A stretch of DNA of 64,000 nucleotides from an uncultured cyanobacterium. GTDB taxonomy: Bacteria; Cyanobacteriota; Cyanobacteriia; Cyanobacteriales; CAWCAG01. Location of the stretch: positions 32,001 to 96,000 of the forward strand of contig CAWDOD010000006.1 of the NCBI GenBank assembly GCA_963803805.1. Reading direction: 5' to 3'. Of the stretch, positions 10,407-21,949 are shown piece after piece. The notes under the pieces are model-generated. The model ran no database searches. It had not been told where the DNA came from and saw only the letters and a program-made list of their open reading frames with translations. Within the stretch, counting starts at the first letter, position 1. Each line of letters opens with the position of its first letter. Made by a program: the position numbers and the translations under genes.

Positions 10407-11936
10407 TCATAACCGTCGCCAGCTTCTGCCATCGCGGTTGATGAGAAATTCGGCTTCTGTGGGTTCCCAAGTACCTGCTTCGTATTGAGGAACAGTGGTA
10501 GGATCGGCGGGGGCATCCCAAGCAGCTAAGGCTGGGGTAACAACTCGCCAGGCTTCCTCTACTTCATCGGCGCGAGTAAAGAGGGTTTGATCTCCTAACA
10601 TACAGTCGAGGAGGAGACGGTTGTAAGCATCAGCGGTTGCCATGCCAAAAGAGGAACCGTAGTTAAAGTCCATATCTACAGAGCGACTACGTAATTCTGT
10701 ACCAGGCATTTTCGCTTCAAAGCGCAAAGAAATTCCTTCATTCGGTTGAATACGCATAGCCAAAACATTAGGGCTGACTTGCCTAGCAGCAGATTGGAAG
10801 ATTAGTAAGGGAACTTCTTTGAAATGGATAGAAATTTCTGAGACTTTTTTCGGCAACCTTTTACCTGTACGCAAATAAAAGGGGACACCTTTCCAGCGCC
10901 AGTTATCTACCAAAAGTTTCATCGCCACAAAGGTTGGTGTGGTAGATTCTGGGTTAACTCCCGATTCTTCTCTGTATCCAGGTACAGGTTTTCCTTTCAT
11001 CCAACCTTGGGAATATTGACCACGAATAGCACAGCGATCTAGGTTATTGATATCTGCTAGGTGAGCCGCTTGTAGAGCTTTAACTTTTTCGTTGCGAATA
11101 CTATCAGCGTTTAAACCATTGGGAGGTTCCATGGCGGTAAGGGCAAAAAGCTGAAGCAGGTGATTTTGAATCATATCCCGCAATGCTCCTGATTTATCGT
11201 AGTAACCTGCCCTTTCTTCTACACCAACGGTTTCAGCAACGGTAATCTGGACATGATCTACAAATTGCCGATTCCACAAAGGTTCAAAAATGGCGTTGGC
11301 GAAACGAAATACCAGGAGGTTTTGGACTGTTTCTTTACCCAAGTAGTGGTCGATGCGATAAACTTGTTCTTCTCGGCAAACTTCTTGGACTACTTTATTG
11401 AGCTTTTGAGCAGAGGTTAAATTTTTACCGAAGGGCTTTTCAATTACAAGGCGATGGTGAGCTGGATCTTCTAGCATCCCTGCTGCCCCAAGGTTTTGAA
11501 TAGCGGGAACAAAAAAATTCGGGGAAACCGAAAGATAAAAGACTCGATTACCCTGTGTTCCCCTTTTGCCATCCAATTCTGCTAAGAAAGCTTTCAGTTT
11601 TTCATAGCTTTCCGGTTCGTCCATGTTACCAGAGCAGTAAAATAAACCTTGGGCAAAGTCTTCCCAAACCTCTTCTGATTGAATACCATCGGAAAATTCT
11701 TCAATACCTTCGCGCATTTGCTGACGAAAATAATCGTGGCTCCAATCTCTACGGGCAACACCAACTATCGTAAATTCTGGTGGCAATCTCCGCTCTAGTT
11801 TGTGTTTATATATTGCTGGAACCAATTTGCGTTGGTTAAGGTCGCCAGAAGCACCAAAAATAACCATAATTAATGGTTCTGGGGAACGTTCTTGGCGCAG
11901 TCCGACTCGAAGGGGATTTTCTTGGAGAGTAACCAT
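10407..11936 (-). CDS. zwf: Glucose-6-phosphate 1-dehydrogenase
   Basis: GASGDL, EKPFG and RIDHYLGKE motifs. Confidence 0.98.
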   Translation of the reverse strand: MVTLQENPLRVGLRQERSPEPLIMVIFGASGDLNQRKLVPAIYKHKLERRLPPEFTIVGVARRDWSHDYFRQQMREGIEEFSDGIQSEEVWEDFAQGLFYCSGNMDEPESYEKLKAFLAELDGKRGTQGNRVFYLSVSPNFFVPAIQNLGAAGMLEDPAHHRLVIEKPFGKNLTSAQKLNKVVQEVCREEQVYRIDHYLGKETVQNLLVFRFANAIFEPLWNRQFVDHVQITVAETVGVEERAGYYDKSGALRDMIQNHLLQLFALTAMEPPNGLNADSIRNEKVKALQAAHLADINNLDRCAIRGQYSQGWMKGKPVPGYREESGVNPESTTPTFVAMKLLVDNWRWKGVPFYLRTGKRLPKKVSEISIHFKEVPLLIFQSAARQVSPNVLAMRIQPNEGISLRFEAKMPGTELRSRSVDMDFNYGSSFGMATADAYNRLLLDCMLGDQTLFTRADEVEEAWRVVTPALAAWDAPADPTTVPQYEAGTWEPTEAEFLINRDGRSWRRL

Positions 11937-11961
11937 TTGTTCAGTTATCAGTTGTCAATTT

Positions 11962-11987
11962 AGCCTGCGGCAACGGCTACGCCGTAC
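11962..11987 (+). repeat. Short dispersed repeat AGCCTRCGGCAACGGC(T/A)A(C/A)GCCGTAC (copy 1)
   Basis: Similar copies at 22503-22527 (minus strand) and 46548-46573. Confidence 0.65.
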
Positions 11988-12016
11988 AGTTAGTTATCAG
12001 TAAGACTGCTTTGTAG

Positions 12017-12074
12017 GTAGAGGCGACCCATTTTCTGGTATTTCAGAAATTACTGTAGTCTTATTGGGTCGCCC
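12017..12074 (+). repeat. GTAG-headed REP-like palindrome (copy B)
   Basis: GTAGAGGCGACCCA...TTGGGTCGCCC. Confidence 0.75.
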
Positions 12075-12083
12075 GGTGTAAAT

Positions 12084-13238
12084 TCAAGCGGCTATTTGCT
12101 TAACTTTGGAGTCTAGGGAGTCCATTAAAGAGTCGAAGGGTTTAATGAATTTATCGATGCCTTCATCAAGAAGTTCAGCCATTACTTCATCAAGGTTGAT
12201 GTCAACATCAGGATCTTTTAAACCTTCGATGGTTTGGTAAGCCTTGTCAACATCGGTTTCAATACGGCTGAAGGGATCGCAATGATCAGCACAAGCTTCA
12301 ATAGTATTGGGAGGAAGAGTATTAACAGTATTTGGTCCTACCAACTCATCCACATACATAACATCGCTGTATTCAGGATTTTTGGTGCTAGTACTTGCCC
12401 AGAGTAAACGTTGTACTTTAGCTCCTTTGGCTTCTAAAGCTTTCCAACGCTCACTACCAAAAATCTCTTTATATTTCTGGTAAGCAACTTTAGCATTAGC
12501 GATCGCAATTTTACCTTTAAGTTCTTCGAGTTTCGCTTTTTTCTCTAAACGATCTACACCTTTTTTAAGTTTGGCATCAAGGCGATCATCAATATTACTA
12601 TCAATGCGACTGAGGAAGAAACTAGCTACAGAGGCGATTTTACTAATATCTTCCCCTGCTTCAGCTCGTTTTTCCAAACCTTTGATATAAGCCCAAGCTG
12701 TGTCTACATAACTGTCTACGGAGAATAGGAGAGTGACATTAACATTGATACCTTTGCTAATCACCTCTTCTACTGCCGGCAAGCCTTCGGAAGTGCCAGG
12801 AATCTTAATCATGACATTTTCCCGACCGAGGGCTTCGTAGTAGCGAACCGCCTCTTTGATAGTACTTTCAGTATCCTTAGCTAAATTGGGGGGAACTTCA
12901 ATACTTACATAGCCATCTAAACCGTCGGTTTCTTCGTAAATTCCTTTGAAGATATCGCAAGCATTACGAATATCCTCAAAAACTAAAGACTCATAAATTT
13001 CTGTTGTCGATTTGCCCGCCTCAATGCCCTTAGCAATATCAGCATCATAAACTTTGTTGCCAGCGATCGCCTTTTCAAAAATAGCTGGGTTAGAAGTAAT
13101 TCCATGAATACCACGACTGGTAATCATCTCTTTCAATTCACCAGACTCAATGAGATCCCGGCTTAAGTTATCCATCCAGATACTCTGACCGTATTTTTGG
13201 CCAATTTCAAAGATAGGATTTTTAGCTGTAGCTGTCAT
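12084..13238 (-). CDS. tal: Transaldolase
   Basis: GITSNPAIF, VSIEV, IKIP, NVTLLFS and QRLLWAST motifs. Confidence 0.97.
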   Translation of the reverse strand: MTATAKNPIFEIGQKYGQSIWMDNLSRDLIESGELKEMITSRGIHGITSNPAIFEKAIAGNKVYDADIAKGIEAGKSTTEIYESLVFEDIRNACDIFKGIYEETDGLDGYVSIEVPPNLAKDTESTIKEAVRYYEALGRENVMIKIPGTSEGLPAVEEVISKGINVNVTLLFSVDSYVDTAWAYIKGLEKRAEAGEDISKIASVASFFLSRIDSNIDDRLDAKLKKGVDRLEKKAKLEELKGKIAIANAKVAYQKYKEIFGSERWKALEAKGAKVQRLLWASTSTKNPEYSDVMYVDELVGPNTVNTLPPNTIEACADHCDPFSRIETDVDKAYQTIEGLKDPDVDINLDEVMAELLDEGIDKFIKPFDSLMDSLDSKVKQIAA

Positions 13239-13344
13239 AATTTCTCCTGTGATTGTTTTAAACTTTAATTCTTAAACTTGTAAACAGTCTGCATCCGCCT
13301 TAAGAGGTAAATATCTTGAATCGATACCTACCATAACTGTTTCG

Positions 13345-14406
13345 TCAAACACTAACTGTTTCATCAGACACTCTCCTGACATAATCTTGTATGAAAGATT
13401 CCACTAAGTTGACATCTTCTGTACTGCCAATTACTAAGGGTGTGCGAGCGTGTATTTGGTCTGGTACGATATCCAAAATTGCTTGGGTTCCCGTGCTAGC
13501 TTTACCTCCTGCTTGCTCGATCAAAAAGGCTAAAGGTGCAGACTCATAAAGAAGTCGCAGTTTCCCATGGGGGTTTTTAATTGTGCCTGGATATAAGAAA
13601 ACTCCACCCTGAAGAAGAATACGGTGAAAATCCCCCACCAATGCACCGCTGTAGCGAGAGGTATATCCTTCGTGGCGGTGGACATAACGGATATATTCCC
13701 TAATCGACTCATCCCACTGCCAGTAATTTCCTTCATTAACACTATAAACGGGCCCATGTTGGGGAACTTTAATGTTTTCCTGAGCCAGGATAAATTCTCC
13801 TAAGCTGGGATCAAGGATGAAGGAGTGAACTCCATGACCAATGGAATAAACCAAGATGGTACTTGGACCATAAAGTACATATCCCGCCGCAATTTGCTTG
13901 TTTCCTGTTTGTAATAAATCTTTCCCGTCGCCATCTAGATCGTCACCTTCTTGTTGGCGGACAGCGAATATAGAACCAACATTGAGGTTAATATCTACAT
14001 TAGAAGAACCATCAATGGGGTCATAGAGCAGAGTATAACGACCAATAGGACAGTTTTCGGGGATATAATAGGGTTTCTCCATTTCCTCAGAAGCTAAGCG
14101 ACAAACAAGACCGCTTTGCTTAAAAGCAGAGATAAAGACATCGTTGGCGTAAATATCCATCTTTTTGACGGATTCCCCTTGCACATTAATCTCGCCAGTA
14201 AATCCTAATGCCCCAGCCATTAAACCTGCTTTGCTCAAGCGCCGAGAAACAAGTTTGCTTGCTAGAGCAATGCGGTTCATAATAGCGCTGATATCCTGAG
14301 CTTCTGACGAAAAGCCTTGAAGCTGCTGTAGAACATGACGAGATAAGGTAGTACAATCCCTATCCAAAGCGTACTCTTGAGTACCAGGCTGTTCCTGATT
14401 TGGCAT
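13345..14406 (-). CDS. fbp: Class 1 fructose-1,6-bisphosphatase
   Basis: [17 protein letters not shown] and GKLRLLYE motifs. Confidence 0.97.
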   Translation of the reverse strand: MPNQEQPGTQEYALDRDCTTLSRHVLQQLQGFSSEAQDISAIMNRIALASKLVSRRLSKAGLMAGALGFTGEINVQGESVKKMDIYANDVFISAFKQSGLVCRLASEEMEKPYYIPENCPIGRYTLLYDPIDGSSNVDINLNVGSIFAVRQQEGDDLDGDGKDLLQTGNKQIAAGYVLYGPSTILVYSIGHGVHSFILDPSLGEFILAQENIKVPQHGPVYSVNEGNYWQWDESIREYIRYVHRHEGYTSRYSGALVGDFHRILLQGGVFLYPGTIKNPHGKLRLLYESAPLAFLIEQAGGKASTGTQAILDIVPDQIHARTPLVIGSTEDVNLVESFIQDYVRRVSDETVSV

Positions 14407-14543
14407 ATAATTTATCCTCCTGTCGAGTAACGCTAAGTTTGACTTGCTTCTCTACTTACATATTAAGGAGGTATTTCTAATTTGCTTAGTAACTTTAGAC
14501 TAGCTTCAGGTTGATATCACTTTATCAACTTTATTTTTTCTTA

Positions 14544-14756
14544 CTACTCAATAGAAATAGACTGAGGGCCTTCGTCTGTATTGACTACTTTGTTGAAAGT
14601 GGGGCTAGATACAGAGGCTCCTTGGTTTTCTAGCCAACTTTTTAAAGGATCTTCAGAAAGGTCGAGTCTAAACACACCAGAAAATAGACCGCCGACAAAA
14701 GCAAGAGGTTGTTGAGCTAATTCTTTGGCAATAGGGCCTAATTCACTAATGAACAT
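14544..14756 (-). CDS. Conserved small cyanobacterial hypothetical protein
   Basis: QPLAFVGGLFSGVFRLDLSEDPLKSWL and C-terminal GPQSISIE; GAGGAG RBS upstream. Confidence 0.75.
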   Translation of the reverse strand: MFISELGPIAKELAQQPLAFVGGLFSGVFRLDLSEDPLKSWLENQGASVSSPTFNKVVNTDEGPQSISIE

Positions 14757-14804
14757 AGAAAAACTCCTCATAAAACTTTTTCCTCTTCTGGAATTGTAGC
14801 GTGT

Positions 14805-15430
14805 CTAGCTATTAGTCTGATCATTGGTCATTAAAACTGTTTCCCCTAAATATTTTCTCAAATAGGGAGAAAACACTTCGTAAATAAGAGTTAAGGGTTT
14901 TTGATCATGCCAAAACAAATAATGGCGGCCCCAAAAAGGGCCTTTTTGCCAAAGGCAGCTTCTAAAGCTTCAGAATGACCGTAATAAATACCTTGAATAT
15001 CTCGATATAACTCTGTATGCAAGCGTGAGAGACTTTCCCAAATTGGTAGAGAACGATTCTGTAAATACTCATCTACCTGGTTAGCCCCCCACCAAGAAGT
15101 AGCATAGGCAAGGCGTTGACCAGAAGCAGTACGTAGCCATACCTGTCGCCTTAATCTTGGTTCTGGTACTGCTTCAATGAGGGTGGGTGCGTAGTCATTA
15201 TTGTTGCCAATAGGAGACATATCGATTACGTCTACCTCTGTAGGTTCGCGAGTAAGGAGTTTAAGGTGACGAGTGGGGGAACCATCTCCTAGAAGTAGTA
15301 TCTGCCACGCAGGTGCAAGTTGAGAGTGAGGAAGTCCTTGTTTAACCACTTCTTCTCCCGCTTCCCATATGGGCTGGAGGCGATGCCAGCCTGTTTGTAT
15401 AGTGATGCTGTTTGTAGGTATCAAGGTCAC
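14805..15430 (-). CDS. Chorismate lyase (DUF98/Ycf21-like), frameshifted near the C-terminus
   Basis: LLLGDGSPTRHL, RRQVWL and AYATSWW motifs. Adding one base at about 14939-14947 restores GPFWGRHYLFWHDQKPLTLIYEVFSPYL. Confidence 0.85.
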
Positions 15431-15709
15431 AGAAATTTTATTTACATATCTTAACACTTTATTTGAAAATAACTTCTTCTGGTTGAGAAACAACTATGAA
15501 AGCAATAACTTTAAAAGGCTATTTATTGATCAGGTTTTCAATATCTTTAACTCTATATAGGTAGAAACTAGACCAAACAATCTCACTTAAGAGACATTAC
15601 TTGGAGCTTAAGCCTAATTTAGGATAATCAATAAATTGAATAAAACTATGTATTTAAAAGCATCCCAAAATTGCTTACCTATCAATTATTAAATTAGGCT
15701 ATTTTAATC

Positions 15710-16585
15710 ATGACAAAAACATCTGAACGTCGTCCTACCCCTGAAGAAATTCCTGGACAAAAGCTCGATTATCCTGCTTCTCAAGAAGATATGACACCTC
15801 AGCCTGATAGTGATTTATCTAACTATAAACCTGCGGAGAAACTTGAGGGTAAAGTTGCCTTTATTACGGGTGGAGATTCGGGAATTGGTAGGGCGATCGC
15901 TATTGCCTATGCGATGGAAGGTGCAGATGTGGCTATTTTCTTTGACCAAAATGTCAAAGATGCTCAAGTTACTAAAGAAGCCGTAGAAAAAAGAGGTCAG
16001 GAATGTTTGGTGATTCAGGGGGATGTGAGAGAATTTGCTAATTGTGAAAGCGCTATCAAAGAAACAGTAGAAAAGTTTGGTAAGCTCAATATTTTAATTA
16101 ATAATGCGGCTTACCAAATGACTCAAAAGAAGTTTGAGGACATTAGTTTAGAGCAGTTTCGTCGCACCATGGAAACTAATGTCTTTGGCTATTTTTATAT
16201 GGTTAAAGCAGCTTTGCCCTATCTCAAGGAAGATGATGTCATCATCAACACCGGTAGTATCGTCGGCAAAATTGGTAAAGGAATGCTGGTAGATTACTCT
16301 ACTAGTAAAGGGGCAGTGCATACCTTTACCAAAGCTTTAGCTCTTAATCTTGGCGATCGCAAGATTCGTGTCAACTCGGTTGTCCCTGGCCCTGTTTGGA
16401 CTCCTAATATTCCTGCGACTATGCCTAAAGACAAAGTAGATAATTACGATAAAGATGGCATCATTAAACGCACAGCACAACCAGAAGAACTTGCTCCTGT
16501 GTATGTTTTCCTAGCTTGTAGTGATAGCAGTTTTGTTACCGGGGCTTTATATGATGTCACCGGAGGGCAACTTTCTAGCACTTGA
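15710..16585 (+). CDS. SDR family oxidoreductase (general stress protein 39 / YhdF-like)
   Basis: TGGDSGIG, NNAA, YSTSK and PGPVWTP motifs. Confidence 0.92.
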   Translation: MTKTSERRPTPEEIPGQKLDYPASQEDMTPQPDSDLSNYKPAEKLEGKVAFITGGDSGIGRAIAIAYAMEGADVAIFFDQNVKDAQVTKEAVEKRGQECLVIQGDVREFANCESAIKETVEKFGKLNILINNAAYQMTQKKFEDISLEQFRRTMETNVFGYFYMVKAALPYLKEDDVIINTGSIVGKIGKGMLVDYSTSKGAVHTFTKALALNLGDRKIRVNSVVPGPVWTPNIPATMPKDKVDNYDKDGIIKRTAQPEELAPVYVFLACSDSSFVTGALYDVTGGQLSST

Positions 16586-16765
16586 AGAAAGCAATAGGGA
16601 AGGGAGTAGGTAGCAAAGAAACCATTAGATGAAAGTTTTTTTAGTCATTAAAGTTTGCTCCCAAAGGTACTAGCAAAGGTTAGGGAAGCCTAGCAATTCT
16701 TGATATCCTTGTAGAAGTTATCTAAGGAGATTTCTATTGCTCACTCCCTACTCACTTGATAAAGC

Positions 16766-17134
16766 ATGAGAGTTTTTCATACCATTCGCATCTACAATCG
16801 CCAAACTAGATCTGTACATACCTTGGAAGTGCCGGAAGATCAATATATCCTTACCAGTGTTGAAGAACAAAATACATCCTTACCTTTTTCCTGTCGTAAT
16901 GGTGCTTGTACAACCTGTGCGGTAAGAGTAATTAGCGGGGAAATATATCAACCAGAAGCTATGGGATTATCTCCCCAACTGCAAGAAAAAGGTTACGCTC
17001 TTTTGTGTGTTGGTTATCCTCGCTCTGATCTTGAAGTAGAAACTCAGGATGAAGATGAGGTTTACGAACTTCAGTTTGGTAAATATTTTGCAAAGGGAAA
17101 GGTGCGGTTTGGTTTGCCTTTGGATGAGGATTAA
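16766..17134 (+). CDS. fed2: 2Fe-2S ferredoxin with C-terminal extension (Fed2/FdC2 type)
   Basis: CRNGACTTC...LLC cluster motif and QDEDEVYELQFG tail. Confidence 0.88.
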   Translation: MRVFHTIRIYNRQTRSVHTLEVPEDQYILTSVEEQNTSLPFSCRNGACTTCAVRVISGEIYQPEAMGLSPQLQEKGYALLCVGYPRSDLEVETQDEDEVYELQFGKYFAKGKVRFGLPLDED

Positions 17135-17660
17135 AGCTTTTGTTTTGCTGGGTTGTACCCTAATGCTTTGGGGTTGTCGTTCCCCTCAACCTCCTGTAGG
17201 AGTGACAGCAAAAGTGCAGAGGGTGGTTACAGGACAAAGTATTGAAGTCGTAGAACAATCTCAACAGCAAGCCTTGATTGAAAAAGTGAGACTTATTGGT
17301 ATTGAATCACCGGACTTGGAACAGCAACCTTGGGGGCTGGAAGCAAGGAATAATTTAGCAGAGTTATTAGGGGAACTTCAAGGAGAACAATGGATATTAG
17401 GGGAAGTGCTTTTGGAGTTTGATTCTCAACAGAAAGACAATTTTGGTAGTCGTTTGGCATATGTTTGGCATGGGGATCTTTTAGTTAATGAACAACTACT
17501 CCAAGCTGGATCTGTACTTGCTAAATCGCGATCACCTAACAACAAATATCAAGAACGTCTCCAACGGGCCCAGGAATATGCTCAAATTATGGGTTATGGT
17601 ATCTGGAACCCAGAACAGCCTCTACGTCAAACTCCAGAAGAGTTTCGCCAGAGGCAGTGA
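17124..17660 (+). CDS. Thermonuclease (SNase) family lipoprotein
   Basis: LWGC lipobox, VRLIGIESP, DNFGSRLAYVW and GIW motifs; 11-bp overlap with fed2. Confidence 0.88.
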   Translation: MRIKAFVLLGCTLMLWGCRSPQPPVGVTAKVQRVVTGQSIEVVEQSQQQALIEKVRLIGIESPDLEQQPWGLEARNNLAELLGELQGEQWILGEVLLEFDSQQKDNFGSRLAYVWHGDLLVNEQLLQAGSVLAKSRSPNNKYQERLQRAQEYAQIMGYGIWNPEQPLRQTPEEFRQRQ

Positions 17661-17661
17661 T

Positions 17662-18294
17662 TTAACTTTTCTCCTCATACCCTCTTATCCTCTTTAGGGG
17701 TTCACTTAAAGCCTTGACTACCGCTTCCAAACACCGAGAATCAGTTAGCATCCAAGGATGTAAGGGAATATTCAGCTTGACTTGTTTTCCTACTGGTATT
17801 AAAGAACTTTGGGCAGGAACAATCATTAAATCGAAAGGTGTCCAAATGGTTGTGAAATTCAGTTTCCTTAATATTTCTGTACCATCATGGTTTAAATCTT
17901 CTAGTAAAGAACTATGGGGCCGCATTTGTACACACCCTGGACGTTGAGATAATTGAGCAATAATTGTGCCATGATTAGGTGCAGAGATACTAATATAGCG
18001 TTGTACTTGCTTAATTCCTCCTAGTCTTTGCAAATAGTAGCGAGTAACAATTCCTCCCATACTGAAACCAACTAAATCTAAAGGTTGTTGAGGAGTAAAA
18101 TTAGCTTCAACATATTCTGCTACTTGCACTGCCAGTTTATCTAAACCTAAGTCTCCGTTATTGGGAGTCAAGTTTAATTTGTATACAGACCAACCTAATT
18201 TTGTCAAGTAAGCTGACAGGGAATTGAAAACGGCAACGGTATCATTGATGCCGTGAACGAGTAGTACCGGATTGCGATCAAATTTTGCGGGCAT
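17662..18294 (-). CDS. Lipase/esterase (alpha/beta hydrolase)
   Basis: PVLLVHG, GFSMGG nucleophile elbow, PNHGT, DLMIVP and HPWM motifs. Confidence 0.92.
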   Translation of the reverse strand: MPAKFDRNPVLLVHGINDTVAVFNSLSAYLTKLGWSVYKLNLTPNNGDLGLDKLAVQVAEYVEANFTPQQPLDLVGFSMGGIVTRYYLQRLGGIKQVQRYISISAPNHGTIIAQLSQRPGCVQMRPHSSLLEDLNHDGTEILRKLNFTTIWTPFDLMIVPAQSSLIPVGKQVKLNIPLHPWMLTDSRCLEAVVKALSEPLKRIRGYEEKS

Positions 18295-18569
18295 TTGTGC
18301 AAGTGCAAAATGAGTTAAATGTTAAATTTTATTGAAAAAACAGATTTTTTAGGGCTTTATAAAACGGAATTTCGGATTTTTATTAACTTATATTAATAAA
18401 CATTGCTAGAAATTTATTTTTCTGGCTTTATTAATAATAAGAAATGAAAACTTCGCCGCGAAATTCTATCTTCCTCTGATTTCAGGAAATAGGTCTTAGC
18501 AGATTAACAACTGGAGTTCCAAGACTTCAGTTACTACTAACTTTATTATAAATTCAGGAGTTATTGCCA

Positions 18570-19061
18570 ATGTTTGGTTTTGGAAAAAAAAAGAATGGCT
18601 TTTTTGCGGAAATAAAGGAAGGAGCAACCGAATTACAAGAAAATGTTAAAGAAGGGGTTGCTGAATTAAAGGAAAATGTCAAAGAAGGTACATCTGAATT
18701 ACAAGAGAACGTCAAAGAAGGTACAGCAGAATTAAAGGAAAACATCAAAGAAGGTGTTGCTGACATCAAAGATAGCCAAAATAAAAAAACAAAAACCAAG
18801 ATAGAGAAGTCAGCTACCGAGCAAATTAATACCCAAACAAAAAAAACTGCTCCTGCTTCTGAAGCTGATCGCATCAGTGAACTAATCTCTTCAGCAGTTC
18901 AAGGTAATAATAATAACAAAAATACTAAAGCAGAATCTGAAGATTTAGTAGGTTTTGCATCTAAAAACTTTACCTTAGCTCCCACTCCTCGCCGTCGTCC
19001 AGGAGCCAACATGACCATGTTTAAAGAGATGGCTAGTCAGGCAAAAATCCCTAGAAATTAA
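18570..19061 (+). CDS. Hypothetical protein with five 11-aa repeats and C-terminal RRRPGANM motif
   Basis: AGGAG RBS; repeats of the form NVKEGTAELKE. Confidence 0.8.
   Translation: MFGFGKKKNGFFAEIKEGATELQENVKEGVAELKENVKEGTSELQENVKEGTAELKENIKEGVADIKDSQNKKTKTKIEKSATEQINTQTKKTAPASEADRISELISSAVQGNNNNKNTKAESEDLVGFASKNFTLAPTPRRRPGANMTMFKEMASQAKIPRN
18609..18773 (+). repeat. Coding 33-bp tandem repeat, five units
   Basis: Units such as aatgtcaaagaaggtacatctgaattacaagag with synonymous variation. Confidence 0.9.
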
Positions 19062-19107
19062 ACTTGGTTTTTGATTTAATTTCAACAATAACATACTTGT
19101 TAAGTAG

Positions 19108-19148
19108 ATAAACTTAGGGGGTGGGTTAAGACACCCATCTCTGTTTAT
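19108..19148 (+). terminator. Possible terminator hairpin
   Basis: ATAAAC..AGGGGGTGGGT / ACCCATCTCT GTTTAT imperfect stem. Confidence 0.45.
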
Positions 19149-19720
19149 GTATTAAAACCCTTAAAGACATCTTTAAAATAATTTTATAATTTATTTTTTA
19201 TTGCCTCCTTCTTTCCTCGATAAGATTATAATCAAATCAGACAAGATTCAATGCCAGCTTAATTTATGCCTACTTTTAGAAATTTAGGTAGAAAGCATCC
19301 TAAAAGTTGCTAAAATACTAAACTACTGATCGCTTTTTCATTCCAACCACAAGTGATAAAGACATAAGTACTAGCCATTTGTACTCCTTGGAATGTTCCC
19401 TTCAGTCAAGTATTTTGCTAAGCAGCAAAAAGAAAAAATAAAGCTATTTATGTTTGAATGATGAAGTCTCTTCCTTCCTCTATCATTAGCTTAGCCAAAT
19501 TTTGGATTGCTCGTAATTTTCGCCTAGAAAAAAATTAGTTAGGAATAAAGTTTCCACTAAGCAGCAAAGCTGTTAGAAGTAAGGAATATTGTGCTTACTA
19601 TTTAGTGGCATTGAATCTGCACCAGGATAATTTATAGATGTTCAGCAAATGTATCCTGAACATCTATATTTACCTAAGAATCAAGCTTATAGATCAATAT
19701 CGAGTAAGGCACATTTAGAG

Positions 19721-20431
19721 ATGATCTTTCCCTGGAGACTGTTTAACCTAATCTTCATCTTGTCGTTAGTAGCGGGATGCTCTGAACCAAATAAATCTGT
19801 AACTCAGGCAGGAGTATCATTCAAAAATGACAGCTACATAGCTAGCATCACCACAGTATCCCAAAGTTCTCATCGAGTTAGTGAGCATGAGCAAATTATT
19901 ACGCCTCAACAAATAGGGAAAGCTCAGTTAGGAATGAGGGTTGGAGAACTTAAACAGCTTTATCCCCAGGCAAACTATCGTTTAACTAGTTTGCCGGATA
20001 TACCCCGTGCGATCGCAGTTTCTGAAAATGCTGAAGATTTATTTTACTTCATCGCTAGCCCAGATAATGGCGAATTTCCAAAGGATGAAGCCGTCATTAT
20101 GTTTTTAATTACTAATAACCCAAATTATGGCACTGCCGAAGGCATTAAACCTGGTACTTCTTTGGCAGAAGCCACCCAAGCTTACGGTGGGATACAACTT
20201 TACTTTTCTCCCGATGTTGAATATGCTCAATTCCAAAATCAGCCTAGCAACCCCCGCAGCGGTATGGGTTTTTGGGCTAAAGCCGCAACAGGTCAAAAAG
20301 CAGCCGGGATTTATCAGTGGAGTGATCCCCAACAAAATAGTTGCCAAACCACAAGTTCCGGGTTTTGCCAATCGAATCAATTTAACCCTGGCTCAGAAAT
20401 TTGGTATATTTCCGTTGGTAGCCAGCGCTAA
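19721..20431 (+). CDS. Hypothetical lipoprotein
   Basis: Signal peptide with LVAGC lipobox; TAEGIKPGTSL motif. Confidence 0.7.
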   Translation: MIFPWRLFNLIFILSLVAGCSEPNKSVTQAGVSFKNDSYIASITTVSQSSHRVSEHEQIITPQQIGKAQLGMRVGELKQLYPQANYRLTSLPDIPRAIAVSENAEDLFYFIASPDNGEFPKDEAVIMFLITNNPNYGTAEGIKPGTSLAEATQAYGGIQLYFSPDVEYAQFQNQPSNPRSGMGFWAKAATGQKAAGIYQWSDPQQNSCQTTSSGFCQSNQFNPGSEIWYISVGSQR

Positions 20432-20433
20432 GT

Positions 20434-20475
20434 CAAAATTAAAAATTAGAAATTAAAAATTAAAAATTAAAAAGT
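20434..20475. repeat. Heptamer tandem repeat (AAAAATT) x6
   Basis: caaaatt aaaaatt agaaatt aaaaatt aaaaatt aaaaagt. Confidence 0.8.
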
Positions 20476-20599
20476 ACTGCTACCTAGGTACAGTAGGTAA
20501 TATAAATCCCCCCGCCAATTACCATTTTCTGCCAAAATATTCTCCAGTAGCATGGCAAAAAACTATTCTACTTTTTAATTAAAATAAAATACGCTTAAG

Positions 20600-21949
20600 A
20601 TGCAATTTTCAAAAATACTGATTGCTAATCGAGGAGAAATTGCTTTAAGGATACTAAGAAGCTGCGAGGAAATGGGCATAGCTACTGTTGCGGTTCACTC
20701 CACAATCGACCTTCAGGCTCTCCATGTCCAACTAGCAGACGAAACTGTCTGTATTGGCCCACCTCCTAGTGGTAAAAGTTACTTAAACATTCCTAATATT
20801 ATTGCTGCTGCTTTAACTCGCAATGCTACAGCAATTCACCCCGGTTATGGATTTCTAGCGGAAAATGCTCGTTTTGCTGAAATTTGTGCTGACCATCAAA
20901 TTTCCTTTATTGGCCCTTCTCCAGAAGCAATTTTAGCTATGGGGGATAAATCAACTGCTAAAAAGACTATGGAGCAAGCAGGAGTTCCCACTGTTCCAGG
21001 GAGTAAAGGACTGCTCAGAGATGAAGAAGAAGCTTTAGTGGTAGCTCGTAATATTGGCTATCCTGTGATGATTAAGGCAACTGCTGGAGGAGGAGGGCGA
21101 GGTATGCGTCTTGTAAGGGAAGAAAGCGAACTAGTTAAGCTTTTTTTTGCGGCCCAAGGAGAAGCAGAAGCTGCCTTTGGTAATGGGGGGGTTTATATGG
21201 AAAAGTTCGTAGAAAAACCCCGCCATATTGAATTTCAGATCCTTGCTGATAGTTACGGTAATGTTATTCACTTAGGAGAAAGGGACTGCTCTATTCAAAG
21301 ACGTAACCAGAAATTGCTAGAAGAGGCTCCCAGCGCAGTTTTGACCCAGGAATTGCGGAGAAAGATGGGGCAAGCTGCTGTTATGGCAGCAAAGTCAATC
21401 AACTATATTGGCGCAGGTACAGTGGAGTTTCTCCTTGATTGTTCTGGCGAGTTTTATTTTATGGAAATGAATACTCGTATTCAAGTAGAACATCCTGTTA
21501 CAGAAATGATTGCCGGATTGGATCTTATCTGTGAACAGATTCGCATTGCCCAAGGAGAAAAATTACGCTTAACTCAAGACGAAGTTAATCTTCAAGGTCA
21601 TGCCATTGAATGTCGCATTAACGCTGAAGATCCTGACCACAATTTCCGCCCTCATCCCGGTCAAATCAGTGGTTATTTACCTCCAGGTGGGCCGGGAGTT
21701 CGCATGGATTCCCATGTCTATACTGATTATCACATTCCCCCTTATTATGACTCTTTGATTGGTAAACTTATCGTTTGGGGAGAAGATCGCAATGCAGCTA
21801 TTAAGCGCATGAAAAGAGCATTACGGGAATGTGCTATTACCGGAGTTCCTACCACCATCGGTTTTCATCAAAGGATCTTAGAAACCCCAGAGTTTTTAGC
21901 CGGGGAGGTTTATACAGATTTTGTACAGAAGCATATGATGGATGGATGA
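20600..21949 (+). CDS. accC: Acetyl-CoA carboxylase biotin carboxylase subunit
   Basis: [25 protein letters not shown] and [10 protein letters not shown] motifs. Confidence 0.98.
   Translation: MQFSKILIANRGEIALRILRSCEEMGIATVAVHSTIDLQALHVQLADETVCIGPPPSGKSYLNIPNIIAAALTRNATAIHPGYGFLAENARFAEICADHQISFIGPSPEAILAMGDKSTAKKTMEQAGVPTVPGSKGLLRDEEEALVVARNIGYPVMIKATAGGGGRGMRLVREESELVKLFFAAQGEAEAAFGNGGVYMEKFVEKPRHIEFQILADSYGNVIHLGERDCSIQRRNQKLLEEAPSAVLTQELRRKMGQAAVMAAKSINYIGAGTVEFLLDCSGEFYFMEMNTRIQVEHPVTEMIAGLDLICEQIRIAQGEKLRLTQDEVNLQGHAIECRINAEDPDHNFRPHPGQISGYLPPGGPGVRMDSHVYTDYHIPPYYDSLIGKLIVWGEDRNAAIKRMKRALRECAITGVPTTIGFHQRILETPEFLAGEVYTDFVQKHMMDG

Noticed and set aside
19300-19395. 22-aa minus-strand ORF (MASTYVFITCGW...) behind an AAGGAG RBS
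   Set aside because: Too short, with no supporting homology or expression evidence
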